Source of the DNA: Octopus sinensis
Lineage: Eukaryota
Assembly (NCBI RefSeq): GCF_006345805.1
Contig: NC_043002.1
Location: forward strand, 23,064,001-23,128,000
Direction of reading: 5' to 3'
Length of the DNA stretch: 64,000 bases
Below are positions 40,188 through 53,089 of this stretch, one piece after another; within the stretch, counting starts at the first letter, position 1; every line of letters begins with the position of its first letter. Both the position numbers and the translations under genes were made by a program. The notes below the pieces were generated by a model. The model was not told the origin of the DNA, did no database searches, and worked only from the letters and a program-made list of their open reading frames with translations.

Positions 40188-41136
40188 TGTAGTTATGGCT
40201 TCCGCCGCTAAAAACCACTTGATGTGACTATCAGGCATCAGTCTGCCGACCGGCGTCGTCTGTTGAGGTCACGCTGCCATGTGATGCATATTTCTTTTGC
40301 AGTACTTTTCGTCGATTTTTCGCGATGGCTGAAACGAAGAAACAACGTACTTTTGTGAAATTCTGTTTTATGCTGGGGAAATGGATACCACACGATTTGA
40401 ATGAAAATCAGAAAATGCGCAAATATGATATTTGCTCATCGCTTCTTCTCCATAATCAGACCGATCCATTTCTTGGCCGTATTGTAATTTACGATGGAAA
40501 GTAGGTTCTGTACACTAATAAAAAACGTTCTTCACAGTGGTTGGACCAAAATTAAGCACCGAAAACCTTCCCTAAACCCGAGCTCTTCAAAAGGAAGGTT
40601 ATGGTGACTGTTTGGTGGTGTACTTACTAGACTCATCTACTATAACTTCTTCACATCCGGAAAAACCATTACTGCAGAAACATATTGCCATGAAATTGCC
40701 AAAATGAACGAAAAACTGCTACACCTCCATTCCAGACTGGTCACCAGAAGAGGGCCAATCATTCTTCATGACAATGCTCGACCACACGTTTCATTAATGA
40801 TGCTCCAGAACTTGAGGGGATTTGGCCACGAAGTTCTTCTCCGCCCAGCTTATTCCACACATCTTTCTCCTACCAACTACCACTTATTCAAGCATCTTGA
40901 TGGTTTCCTGCGAGAGGAGTTCAAAAATCAAACTGATGCTGAAAGTGCGATCAAATAGTTCATCAGCTCTAGAACTCCAGATTTTAATGTTACCTGAATA
41001 AACAAGCTTGTAACTCATTGGCAAAAATGTATTGATTGCAATGGGACTTACTTTGATGAATAAAATTTCTGGATTGTTGAAATATATTGTGATGAATTTC
41101 ATATTTCAAAATGTTGCTTACTTTTTTCTCAGCCTG

Positions 41137-41139
<3 letters not shown>
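40188..41139 (+). mobile_element. mariner transposase pseudogene, internally deleted or chimeric
   Basis: MAETKKQRTFVKFCFMLGK is joined directly to WIPHDL, followed by LHDNARPH and YSTHLSPTNYHLF...WQKCIDCNGTYFDE*. A right TIR (...ttctcagcctga) is followed by TA. Confidence 0.9.
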
Positions 41140-41191
<52 letters not shown>

Positions 41192-41204
41192 GTGTGTGTG
41201 TGTT

Positions 41205-41235
<31 letters not shown>

Positions 41236-41963
41236 ATGTATGTATGTATGTATGTACATGTATATATACTTTATTTAAAAGCAGCAAAATATCACAAAAC
41301 TGTTACTCAGAGTTTCACGTTCCCGTTCGTCGGACAGTTTTGTTCAGAATGGTACAAAAATAAGGTTATATGCATGTCTATACAATTAGTTTGATAGATA
41401 CACATTTGAAAATGGTTTTGTTTCATTGATCCTTTCAACTGATGGTTTTGCAATAACAAATTACGGTTTAAAATCATATTATTATAAAAAGCGAAGAAAA
41501 CATTAAATCAAAAATAGCTTATAAAGAAGGAAAAGGCCTAAATACCCAAGGTAAATAATTAACTGTAAAATATTAATAAATTAATAAATCAAAAGATATA
41601 TCCGTTTAAAACTTTTTTCACGCTAGATCACTTATACATTTAGGAGTATATACACATACCAAACAATCTATAATATATATATTTATTCCCTAAATATACG
41701 GACGCAGGTATATGGCTACATACATATACAGTCATATATAGGCAAGACATAAATATATACAAATGCATATATATGTATGCACGCGCTCAAAATCACCTGG
41801 CGTATGCTTATACAAGTTAGCTGTTACAGGCGAAAGAAAGAGAAGGAAAAAAATCAGATAATAAAAGTATGTGGGAAAGAAAACAGGAAAAGAAGTCAAA
41901 GAAATAAAAGAAAGAGAAACAGTTATATTTTTCCACCTTGGTTCGCATTTATGTGCTTACTCT

Positions 41964-41997
<34 letters not shown>

Positions 41998-42191
41998 AGG
42001 AAAATAAGAGGAAAAAATCTATCAGAAAGGAACTCTATCTCTCTTAGAAAAACATCTTTTGATAAGCATAACAAATGCGCAACCGGTTAAAAGAACTTTC
42101 ACCTAATTAAATTACTTAAATTACTTAAATTATTTTGTCAGCATTTTCTTCATTTCCTTTTTTATATATCACAACTCGTGTTCCACATCTC

Positions 42192-42250
<59 letters not shown>

Positions 42251-42332
42251 GGATAAGATCGATATTTAAATACCGATCTTATCATGTGGCCACCACGGAA
42301 ATAAAAACCTTCAAAGGTAATAATTATTTAAA

Positions 42333-42480
42333 ATTATAATTTAGGGTATCTGAGAGATACCACCACGCTGGAAACAGCAGTCAAAATTAGACTCTAAAAC
42401 CACATTAAATTTAAACTGGTCGTGTGCATACGTGCATATATATGTATGTATACGTTCATATATGAAAGTATATCGTATGT

Positions 42481-42529
<49 letters not shown>

Positions 42530-42764
42530 TATATATTATATATATATATTTGTATTTATGTGCTTTCTGAGTATATTCCACTGATGAAGGCAGAGCATTT
42601 CTTATGCAGAGCCAGAAATCCGGGATCTGGAATTTTTTTGCTAGTTGATTTTGTCTCTTTGTCTTCTCTCCTGGTGCTGTATGAACATTTAATGTGGTTT
42701 TAGAGTCAAGTTTTGACTGCTATTTCCAGCGTGGTGGTATCTCTTAGATACCCTAAATTATAAT
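42333..42764. mobile_element. MITE-like element with ~78-bp imperfect inverted ends
   Basis: 42333-42410 is the reverse complement of 42687-42764. The interior is mostly microsatellite. Confidence 0.6.
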
Positions 42765-43079
42765 ATATATATATATATATGTATGTATCTATGTATCTAT
42801 GTATGTATCTATGTATCTATGTATGTATGTATGTAACATTTCGAACAACAAATGAATGTATGTATTGACATCAGTTCATTCAACCACGTAATGACTCTCA
42901 CACATTGTAATAATCATAATACATAATAATGGTTTCAAAGCATTTCGTCTGGCGTGCTAACGATTCTTCCAGCTCGCTGCCTTCGTTATAATGATAATAG
43001 CTTGATGTTTCCTTCAGAATTTAATCAAGCTTATTGCTTGTTTTCCACTTTTCATTGTATTTTACTATATTTTGTATAG

Positions 43080-43146
43080 GTAACCAATTGCAATAACACA
43101 GAATTCCAATGCATTATAAAAAAACTCCCAAGTCTACGAAACCCTG
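43080..43146 (+). CDS. CA: alpha-carbonic anhydrase exon: VTNCNNTEFQCIIKKLPSLRNP(G)
   Basis: Pyrimidine tract plus tgtatag acceptor and CCTG|gtaagc donor. It is open, and its phase 0-to-1 exactly bridges the flanking exons. Size and position match the N-x-x-F-x-x-I helix exon of alpha-CAs. Confidence 0.88.
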
Positions 43147-44976
43147 GTAAGCAGTAACTGTTATCTCGGAAATCATTATTTTCTTACGCTTGTATCGTTG
43201 CTTGTTAACTTGTCTGTGTTTTAGTATTTTCTCTATTTTTCAGTAGCCGTTCGGCAGCGCTTAGCAGGGGTCGGTAAAGCTTATTTTTACCTTCATTATA
43301 GTTATTGGTTAACGTTTTATATAGAATAAAATGTGTAGCTGGTAAACATACGCCTAGCTTTGTTTAGCCCAATAAAACAATACAGAAGAAGAGGAATAGT
43401 TCATGAAACTTCCAGATCCTTTTAGATGTGGTGAATTTCATGAGGTTATCGTACAGCCAGAAATCTAAGGTCTGACGTCGCTATAAAAAACGCATGGGCA
43501 GAGTTAGAAACTTCAGAGGGTTGAAGTTCAGACGGAGCAAATTTTGAATAGGTACTTTTTAAAAACGCACTGGATTGATGCAAAGCTATTTTAACGGGTG
43601 AGCCAGCGGAGTCATCCTTCCAGATCAACATTCTGATCTGTCACCCATTAATTCATCAATTATGCAAAATCTAATACTTCATCAGTTTTTGTTCTATTTT
43701 CTTTGATGAATAGGCTTTTACCTCTACGCTGACGACTCCACGCTGTTTTCATCTATGAGGAACCGTTGCAAAATTGACTATGCTAAACAGTCCTTTTTAT
43801 AATGAATGCCTGTACAGCTGATTAGAAAGGTGACATTTTAGCCGCCAAAATATAATTTGAAACCTCTTTGAGAATTGTAAATTTCCTATACTAAAGCACC
43901 TCCAGCTTCTGGATGTAACTAAATACAGCAAGTTGGTGTGGATAGAACATGTTTCCACAGGTGCCGCCTAAATCCGTACATCATTTCTCCAGTATTCCCA
44001 TCTGAATTTTCTCAAGGCCGGTGGTTTTGTCGGTTTCATTATTTTTATAATATCGTTTGTCATGAATATTACGTTTTGTTGTGCTTGTATTGATATCAGA
44101 AAATTGTGTTGTTAATGGTAACCAGTCATCAACATTAACGACAATCGTTTTGTTTTTTTTTTGTCTCTTGCTTGTGAAGTTCCAGTGTGTTTGATAAAGG
44201 GGATAATAATATAGTGGCCGGTTCTTCCAGAGAAAAAATAGAAAAATAGGCAAACAGAAAGAAAGAAAGAATAAGAGAGTTTACAATACTATTTTTCATT
44301 GATGTTATAGCTCGTTCAATGTTATCTTAGTCTGGTATTGTAATTTAATTTTGCGTGACTCTTTATTTGTAGTTGTTCTTTGGTTTCGTATATTTCCTTT
44401 TGATCCCTGGAGTATTACATTTCTTTCACTAACAGAAGAGTCAGACTAGCATTTTACGAATGATTTTGTTTGCAATGAAAATGTCCATTGCTTTAATAAG
44501 CCGTGTTTAATATATAATTAAATAACGTTTTAGCTGTAATGAGCTGAAAAGGTATTAATGTTATGGAAAATTTATCTCATAAAAGATAAGGGAGAAAACT
44601 CTTGTAATTACGAATGAACAAAACTTGAATGGAAATATGTACAATGGGTACAATGGCTTTCTTTTTTGTCATCTATGACCACAACATTCGACACGTTTCC
44701 ACCTTATTTAAGCTCTAAAATAAGAAAAATCAATACGTAGCTACAAAGATCTTGAAATGACAAATATATGTTAAAATATTTCACTAATTTCGAGGCGTTG
44801 TGGTAATAGTGGCTTTGTGGTAAGTAGCTTGCATACCAACCATATGGGTCCCGAGTCAGTCCCACTACGTGGTACCTTGGGCAAGTGTCTTCTACTATAG
44901 CTTCGGGCCGACCAAAGCCTTGTGAGTGGATTTGGTAGACGGAAGCTGAAAGAAGCCCGTCGTATATATATGTGAG

Positions 44977-45007
<31 letters not shown>

Positions 45008-45223
45008 TGTGTGTGTGTGTGGGTGTGGGTGTGTGTGTGTGTGTGTGTTCAGTTTCCGTCTGCCAAATCCACTTACAAGGCTTTGGTCAGCCCGAGGCTA
45101 TAGTAGAAGACACTTGCACAAGGGACTGAAGGCGGAACCATCTGGCTGGTAAGCCAGCTACTTACCGCACAGCCACACCACACACACCACACACAACACA
45201 CACACACACACACACACACATAT

Positions 45224-45275
<52 letters not shown>

Positions 45276-45859
45276 ATATATATATATAATATATATATAT
45301 ATATGTACATAACAGCAGTATCACGCACCAGCAGTGTTTAGGCATAAGCGAACCTTAGGTTAGTTAAAATATGTTTGTGACATATTTCAGCATCTAAAGA
45401 CAAATTCACTGCAGTTACTGTTAAAAAAAATCTCTCTTATGGTTAAACAGTTGCCCAGTGTTGCCCCCTGTCGGATTCCCAAACGCATCTCTAGCTCTTT
45501 ATCCGTTATCAAAAGGAAGTACCGAAGAGAGGTAATTCTGGGTAGACGTAATTCAAGCCGTAACTTTAACTAACACGCAGCCAACAACATTTACTGAATT
45601 GCGCCATTAGACCGCCAGGTCTGTGAAGAGCTAGAAACGCGTCTCAGAATCCAACATCTGTCTGTGTTCAGACTGTTTCTGCACAGGAGCCACCCGGACT
45701 TTCGCCTTGACTGTGAACAGGCATTAATCTACTCTCTTCATTCCTTTGCCTCATATGGGCTCAACTCACCGCCTCTCTTAATCTGACACCAACCTCACAT
45801 GGATTCCCACGCACCGTTCACATTTAATTTCCCCCTCCACCTACAAACTTGTATATCTA

Positions 45860-46080
45860 TTTCTTTACTACCCACAAGGGGCTAAACACAGAGCGGACAA
45901 ACAAGGACAGACATAGGTATTAAGTCGATTACATCGACCCCAGTGCGTAACTGGTACTTAATTTATCGACCCCGAAAGGATGAAAGGCAAAGTCGACCTC
46001 GGCGGAATTTGAACTCACAACGTAACGCAGACGAAATACCGCTAAGCATTTCGCCCGGCGTGCTAACGTTTCTGCCAGTT
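45860..46080 (-). mobile_element. SINE B copy
   Basis: Reverse complement of the 9310-9534 family. Confidence 0.88.
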
Positions 46081-46689
46081 TGTTTCTGCCAAACTTGTAT
46101 ACCGCCCACGTCGGAACCCTCACCACACACGCACCACTTTACACACATCCATACGCACTGTTCAACTCATCATTCACTTCACGCGCCATTATACACACCC
46201 ATAACACCTCCCCACTCCACATACAGTAGCACCGACCGCTTCTCAACACCCACGCCACACACCATTATCGACACACCCACACACAATCTTCAATAACGTT
46301 ACCACATGTACCAATATACGAGCAGCTACACACACTGTTTAATTCAGTACATACACCACACACCACATGCACACTCCTACACCCACACAAGCACATAATG
46401 CATGAACACGGACACTATATACACACACACGCAACACGCATAAACACATGCAACAAAGATAACTTTTGCCCACAAGCATACACTATACACATGCACACTA
46501 TTTGGTCAAAGACACACACATACATATACATGCGCACATACCACTTGAAAAAGCACTCACCAACTACTACACAAACATACGCACACATACACACTACACA
46601 CGTACACACACGTCAGACTCTCTTGCTCTCATTCACACATTCACACTCACACACACCATTTACGCACCTTCATTCATTGGAATCATCAT

Positions 46690-46970
46690 TATTATCTCCC
46701 TTTCATTCAATCTCTTTTTATTATTATCTCCCTTTCATTCAACCTCTCTTTTTTTTCAGTCATACGCCATGTTGGACTGCTAAACTACAGTTTTTTTTCT
46801 CTCTCCGTTTTTTATAATTCTCTTTCATTTTTCCCCCTCTTATTCCTTTCTGTCGAAGAGCGTAGGCTCGAAACGTAAAAGACTTTTCCATTTTACCCGA
46901 GCGTTAAACTAATACACCTGCTTGTTCCTACACCTGTCTTTGTCTTTTGTTTTTATGTAAATTTGAACTA
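46690..46970 (+). mobile_element. Penelope-like terminal repeat fragment
   Basis: GAAGAGCGTAGGCTCGAAACGTAAAAGAC...; same family as 20226-20465. Confidence 0.5.
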
Positions 46971-47134
46971 TTTTTATATAAGTGGTTTTGAAAGAAAAGA
47001 ACCGATATATAGGATAAAAAAGAAAACTGAGACTGGATGGCGATCGCTTCAATAACAGCTGCCAACAAGATAATTTGTTATGATTTGTTTTTGTTTTTTT
47101 ATATATAAACGATTAATTATTCATATATTAACAG

Positions 47135-47289
47135 GATTCCCGACCCGTGTGTATTGCAATCTCCTCAAACTGTTGCCCAAAAATTTCGATGACTTTTTCC
47201 GCTATTCCGGAAGTTTGACAACGCCACCATGCTCAGAATCCGTTGTATGGACAGTTTATCCAAAAGCGGTTAAAATCTCGTCTTGGCAG
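47135..47289 (+). CDS. CA: alpha-carbonic anhydrase exon: FPTRVYCNLLKLLP...FRYSGSLTTPPCSESVVWTV...WQ
   Basis: ttaacag acceptor and CAG|gtaaga donor. Contains the GSLTTPPC signature (Thr199, Cys203 equivalents) and VVW (Trp209 equivalent). Confidence 0.97.
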
Positions 47290-47448
47290 GTAAGATGTAT
47301 ATAAATCAGTGTTCTTTCATTTTTGTTTCGTTTTGACATTGTTTTTGTTGTTTTTTGCATTTGTATAAGACCGCTGCTGTGTTGGATAAATGACATACAT
47401 CTGGACTGAACAGCGTAAAGTTACTTTTATCGTCGCTGCTACTGCGGT

Positions 47449-47951
47449 TATCCTTGTTCTTTGGTCTTAGGTCAGCCTTGCTCGAACAGACCAATTATCT
47501 ATGGCGTTCCAGTCATGACTATCCTTGTTGTTTGGTCTTAGGTCAGCCTTGCTCGAACAGACCAATTATCTATGGCGTTCCAGTCATGACTATCCTTGTT
47601 GTTTGGTCTTAGGTCAGCCTTGATCGAACAGACCAATTATCTATGGCGTTCCAGTCATGACTATCCTTGTTGTTTGGTCTTAGGTCAGCCTTGCTCGAAC
47701 AGACCAATTATCTATGGTGTTCCAGTCATGACTATCCTTGTTGTTTGGTCTTAGGTCAGCCTTGATCGAACAGACCAATTATCTATGGCGTTCCAGTCAT
47801 GACTATCCTTGTTGTTTGGTCTTAGGTCAGCCTTGCTCGAACAGACCAATTATCTATGGCGTTCCAGTCATGACTATCCTTGTTGTTTGGTCTTAGGTCA
47901 GCCTTGATCGAACAGACCAATTATCTATGGCGTTCCAGTCATGACTATCCT
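47449..47951 (+). repeat. minisatellite, 7 x 71-bp units
   Basis: Units start at 47449, 47520, 47591, 47662, 47733, 47804 and 47875. There are no unique spacers. Confidence 0.97.
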
Positions 47952-47975
47952 GATTGTTTTCTAAGACATGTATTT

Positions 47976-48375
47976 AGGCGCTGGAGTGGCTGTGTGGTAA
48001 GTAGCTTACCAACCACATGGTTCCGGGTTCATTCCCACTGCGTGGCACCTTGGGCAAGTGTCTTCTACTATAGCTTCGGGCCAACCAAAGCCTTGTGAGT
48101 GGATTTGGTAGACGGAAACTGAAGAAGCCCGTCGTATATATATGTATATGTATATATGTATGTGTGTGTGTGTCTGTGTTTGTCCCCCCCCCCAACATCG
48201 CTTGACAGCCGATGCTGGTGTGATTACGTCCCCGTGACCTAGCGGTTCGGCAAAAGAGACCGACAGAATAAGTACTAGGCTTACAAAGAATAAGCCCTGG
48301 GGTCGATTTGCTCGACTAAAGGCGGTGCTCCAGCATGGCCGCAGTCAAATGACTGAAACAAGTAAAAGAGTAAAA
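47976..48375 (+). mobile_element. SINE family A, full length
   Basis: Matches 1221-1659. Confidence 0.9.
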
Positions 48376-48707
48376 GGCATAATCTATTATATCCTTCTTT
48401 TAAGGCAATAAGCTGTGATTTAAGACCGGGATGTAAAACATACGGCCGACAGACCAGATACGTCCTGTTTAGCCTGGCCCTGGCCGAAATTCATAAAAAA
48501 AATCATTATTATTATTGTTACTACTACTGCAGTTATCCTTGCTGGGTGGAGGAGGAGGGGAGGAGGAGGAAGAGGGTGGTGATTACGAGGATGATAATGA
48601 GAGTGGAAATGTGATGGGTGAGGAGGATGAGGCAGTAGATTTTGAAAAGAACACAGGTTACGATGACAACTACTACTACCACTATAGCAGCAGCAGCAGC
48701 AGCAATA

Positions 48708-48742
<35 letters not shown>

Positions 48743-49057
48743 GGTGGTGGTGGTGGTGGTGGTGTTGATGCTGGTGGCGGCGTCGGCGGCGGTAGCTTTG
48801 ATGTTGTTGGTATTCGCTTCAGTTAAATTCCTGTTAAAAACAAAAAAAAAAAAAGGAGGTTATGTTCGTTTTCCTCTTTCATTTTATTCGTTTCCTCTTT
48901 ACTTGCAGTAAAGAAAAATAATAGCATAGCTTCTTAAGCAGCATGAGAACATTGGCATTTTGAATGACAGACATCATCCATTCACCAAAGAAACCGATTT
49001 AATCGATCCTGAGAGATGCTATAGGTCATTCAAAAGAAATATAACAGGACCAGCGCG

Positions 49058-49740
49058 AAAACCTGGGTATCTTGGTGGATTCCTCCTTTTCGCCTTCGGC
49101 CCAGTGCGTCCATGCTGCCAACAAAGCACGCGGAATTCTGTTCTTGATTCGACGGTCATTCGGAATGCTCACAGCAGCCATATTCCTACAACTCTATGTC
49201 ACGCTGGTGAGACCTATATTGGAGTATGGGATTCAAGCCTCTTCTCCTTATCTCCTCAAAGACATACAGCATCTCGAAAGAGTCCAAAGCTGGCTACCCG
49301 CATTGTTCATGGTCTCAAAAATTGTCCTACGAAGAAAGGCTGAGGACGCTCGACCTTTATTCTCTTGAAAAACGCCGCCGCCGTGGTGATCTCATTCTCG
49401 CCCACAACATCATAAGCGGAAAGTGTAACCTCTCGAAAGAGCTGTTCTTCACTCCTGCTCCGGAGCGTCGGCTGCGGGGTCATTCCGCAAAGCTCTACCT
49501 GCGACGATTTCATCTCAATCGAAGGAGAGGAGCTTTCTCCGTCCGGGTTGCGGATCCGTGGAACAAGCTGCCAGACGATATGGTGAAGATGCCGACGACC
49601 GCTTTGTTCAAAGCCTCCCTGGACCTTAAGTGGCCTGAACTCTTTACATGAACACCACCCTGTACTTAACTCCATGTCCCCCTACATGGCCTTACTATTT
49701 GCTTTTGAGCCAAATTAACTAACTAACTAACTAACTAACT
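49058..49740 (+). mobile_element. CR1/L2-type LINE, 5'-truncated 3' end with (TAAC)n tail
   Basis: LYVTLVRPILEYG, YEERLRTLDLYSLEKRRRRGDLI, LRGHSAKL and FSVRVADPWNKLP, then stop, short UTR and (TAAC)6. Two 1-nt deletions near 49290-49325. Confidence 0.92.
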
Positions 49741-49781
49741 AAAACCTATGTTTATTTTTATATTATGTTGTATAATTTCAG

Positions 49782-50006
49782 ATTAATCAGCTCCGTACGC
49801 AGCTGATCCGGATTTATGACGGTGACAGGACCGTTTTGGTAAACAACTTCAGAGGCCTGCAATCGCGAAATAATCGTAGGATTTATAAAAGCATCATTGA
49901 TTCCGGTGCAACGCTTCCAAGACAATTCAGCCAACTAGTTTTCCTTCTGGTCATGATATTGTCAGTGGCGAATTTAGAGCTCTTTTCCTCAGCTGGTGTT
50001 ATATAA
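49782..50006 (+). CDS. CA: alpha-carbonic anhydrase terminal exon: INQLR...NNFRGLQSRNNRRIYKSIIDSGATLPRQFSQLVFLLVMILSVANLELFSSAGVI*
   Basis: tttcag acceptor, phase 0. NNFR..Q..N.R motif, then small residues (DSG), a spacer and a hydrophobic tail ending at TAA with no cytosolic domain, which resembles a GPI signal. Confidence 0.92.
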   Translation: MNQLRTQLIRIYDGDRTVLVNNFRGLQSRNNRRIYKSIIDSGATLPRQFSQLVFLLVMILSVANLELFSSAGVI

Positions 50007-50174
50007 TATATACCTTACATGCAGACGTCCTTTCATGCACGCACATACATACACACACACATACACACATAAATACATACACACAGACCGACCAAAGCAA
50101 ACATTCACACACACAATTTCACTCTCACACTATGCACATAAGTATGAATGTGTGTGTGTCTGTATATATATATA

Positions 50175-50241
<67 letters not shown>

Positions 50242-50410
50242 GGTATGTATATATATATATTATATATTATATTATAATTATATAATAATATATATATATA
50301 TATAAGTATATATATATATAGGTATATATACATATATAGGTATATATATTTATATAGGTATATATACATATATAGGTATATGTATATATATGTATAGGTA
50401 TAATAATATA

Positions 50411-50478
<68 letters not shown>

Positions 50479-50616
50479 CATATGCAGTAATGTCTCGATA
50501 TACGTGTTAATTCGTTCCAGTAGACTGCGAGTTAAACTAAAACTCGTAGCCATGTTATAAATCATAATTCTCGTTTCCTGAAACATATTTTACCTATAAA
50601 ATTTATAATGCTCGTA

Positions 50617-50632
50617 AATAAATGACAATAAA
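50617..50632 (+). promoter_or_regulatory. candidate polyadenylation signals (two AATAAA)
   Basis: AATAAA at 50617 and 50627, about 600 nt after the CA stop codon. Common motif in AT-rich DNA. Confidence 0.3.
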
Positions 50633-51073
50633 ACAACTGTAGAATGTAAACAATATTTTATGTAAAGTGAAAAAGAATGTCAAGATCCTTTATAATAAAA
50701 AAAATATTATTATCATAATCGATTTCTGAATCACTTTCACTCGAATTAGACTCGCGCACACCATCACTTGTAGAATCGATCACCGATTCAGAAGCACTCG
50801 TAGACAGACTTGTAGAGTTCTTTATAAAAACCAAGTCTGGAAGTCTTGCTTAGAAGAAGATTTTTTCGCTCTCTATGAATTTCTCGGTAACACGCAGAAG
50901 CATTCGTTATGGTAGCAGAAACTATTTCACTTCATTCAAAATTTGAATCTTGAACTTGAAAAATTTATTATAAAATTAAACTCGTAAACCCGGTGCCTCG
51001 TAAATTGGGTCTTCGTAAACATATATATGTAAATATATATGCATGTATATATGTATGTATACGCACGCACACA

Positions 51074-51113
<40 letters not shown>

Positions 51114-51675
51114 ACACACACACTTCTGTGAATAAGTAACGATCGGAGGAAGAAGTGTTCAATGCAAGCATTGAGTGCTATAGTTTATCCAGGTCCAGTG
51201 GACGGGTATTCCGGAGTTTGAGCAGCGTGTAGTTGTTTCTTTAGAAAAGTGAAATTAGGTAAGGAGCATTAACTACTTACTCTGGCTGTAAAAGAGAGGA
51301 GAAAACTTAAGTCACATAGAAATTGCTGAACAATCATAGACACGATGGGATAACAGCTGTTTGCTAGAGTCAGAAGAAGAAAAGAGAGAGAGAAAGAAAA
51401 GAGAAAGTAGAGCCGTGTGTTCCAACAGAGTGATCCAATAGGTTAGAATGATTCAATGAAAGAGTGTTCCAATAAGGATGGTGCGAAAGAGAAGTGAGCG
51501 ATGAATAATCTACAAAGAATAGTTCAGAAAAAGTAAAATACACACGCGCGGCCCGAGGTCGGCCCGAGACTAAGATACTGCGCAAGGTGCCACGCAGTAG
51601 GACTGAACCTGGAACTATGTGGTTGGGAAGCAAACTTCTTACCACACAGCCACGCCTGCGCCGATGCATACATAC

Positions 51676-51803
<128 letters not shown>

Positions 51804-51851
51804 GCAGAAATTGAAATAAACAAGAACCAGTACGGTTGGACAGTTATATTT

Positions 51852-52249
51852 TTTGCTTAATGAGATCTAGTTGTGTTTCCTCGGGTGATACTTAAGTGTT
51901 GTTTTCGTTGGTTTAATATCTGCGACTTCAAGGCCATCCCATCCATCCATCTTGGTAGATTCATATTGTTTGCTGCCAGAGTGCATTTGGCGGACTGCTA
52001 TGAGTGGGAGTGGATGGCTATTTTGGTACCGGCTGATCGCTTACCTTTCTTCATGGTTGGTTGCACATGTGAATTTCATTAGCTAAAATTTTAAACGCAC
52101 GTTGGCAGCAAACGCCATTAACCTACCAGCTACTACTAAACTCAAACCAAGACGGACGGATGGGGTGGCCTTGAAGTCGCAGATTTTAAACTAACGGAGA
52201 CAACACTTGAATATCACCTGAAAAAACACACTAGATCTCATTATGCAAA
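51852..52249. mobile_element. MITE-like element with ~105-bp imperfect inverted ends
   Basis: 51852-51956 is the reverse complement of 52146-52249, with substitutions. Confidence 0.65.
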
Positions 52250-52508
52250 CAAACAGTTGCATAATTAAATACCTGTATTTTTGGAGAACTGCATTGTGTG
52301 GAAACAATTGTAGTGATTAAAAATAACTGTACTGCTTCATGTTGGCTCTAATTTCTTCAAATTTATATTCACATACAACAAATGCCCAAACGTAAACTTG
52401 GAAGTATATAATAATGCTACCAGATAGTATTGGGTAATCCTGAGGCTATATATATATAATATATCTATATAGATATAATTGGTAGATATATATATATATA
52501 TATAGATA

Positions 52509-52558
<50 letters not shown>

Positions 52559-52575
52559 AGTGGGAAATGGAGTAG

Positions 52576-53051
52576 ATAAGATCCGGGCTGCATGTTTCAT
52601 AGCAAGTGGAACCTCGGAAGTGGTAAATATCCAAGCGAGGTGTATACCGCAGTCTACTCTTCAGGCCAAGGATATGTTGATTAAACAATAGTTTACGTTG
52701 TCGCAAGGAAGTACATGTTAACACATGGAAGATTCAATCTGAATGTGTAGAGAGACATAGTGGGGTGGCGAATATAAATGTAGAGAGAAATTAATTATAA
52801 AAGAAGGAAAATAGTAAAAAACATAATGGAGTGAGAAGAATGAGGAATTTAAGCATGGTCATTTGACCGGCAGTATTCATAGGCTAGTTTGGCCGAACCA
52901 CAGAATTAGCAAGGGTTGTTGTTAGTATTTTGAGAATAGATTTAGTGATCGATGTTTACGAGTAAAAATTATACTGCTGCATTCATTAAGATAATACATA
53001 GAATTCAATATATATATATATATATATATAATATATATATATATATAATAT

Positions 53052-53089
<38 letters not shown>

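Noticed and set aside
40326-41061. Domesticated SETMAR-like gene
   Set aside because: Internal stops and deletion, no SET domain, and a TIR is retained.
47449-47951. CRISPR-like array
   Set aside because: The 71-bp units are contiguous with no unique spacers, no cas genes are present, and the context is a eukaryotic intron.
48515-48911. Acidic/Ser/Gly-rich ORF
   Set aside because: It is built from mixed trinucleotide repeats, has no domain signal, and is not needed for the CA reading frame.
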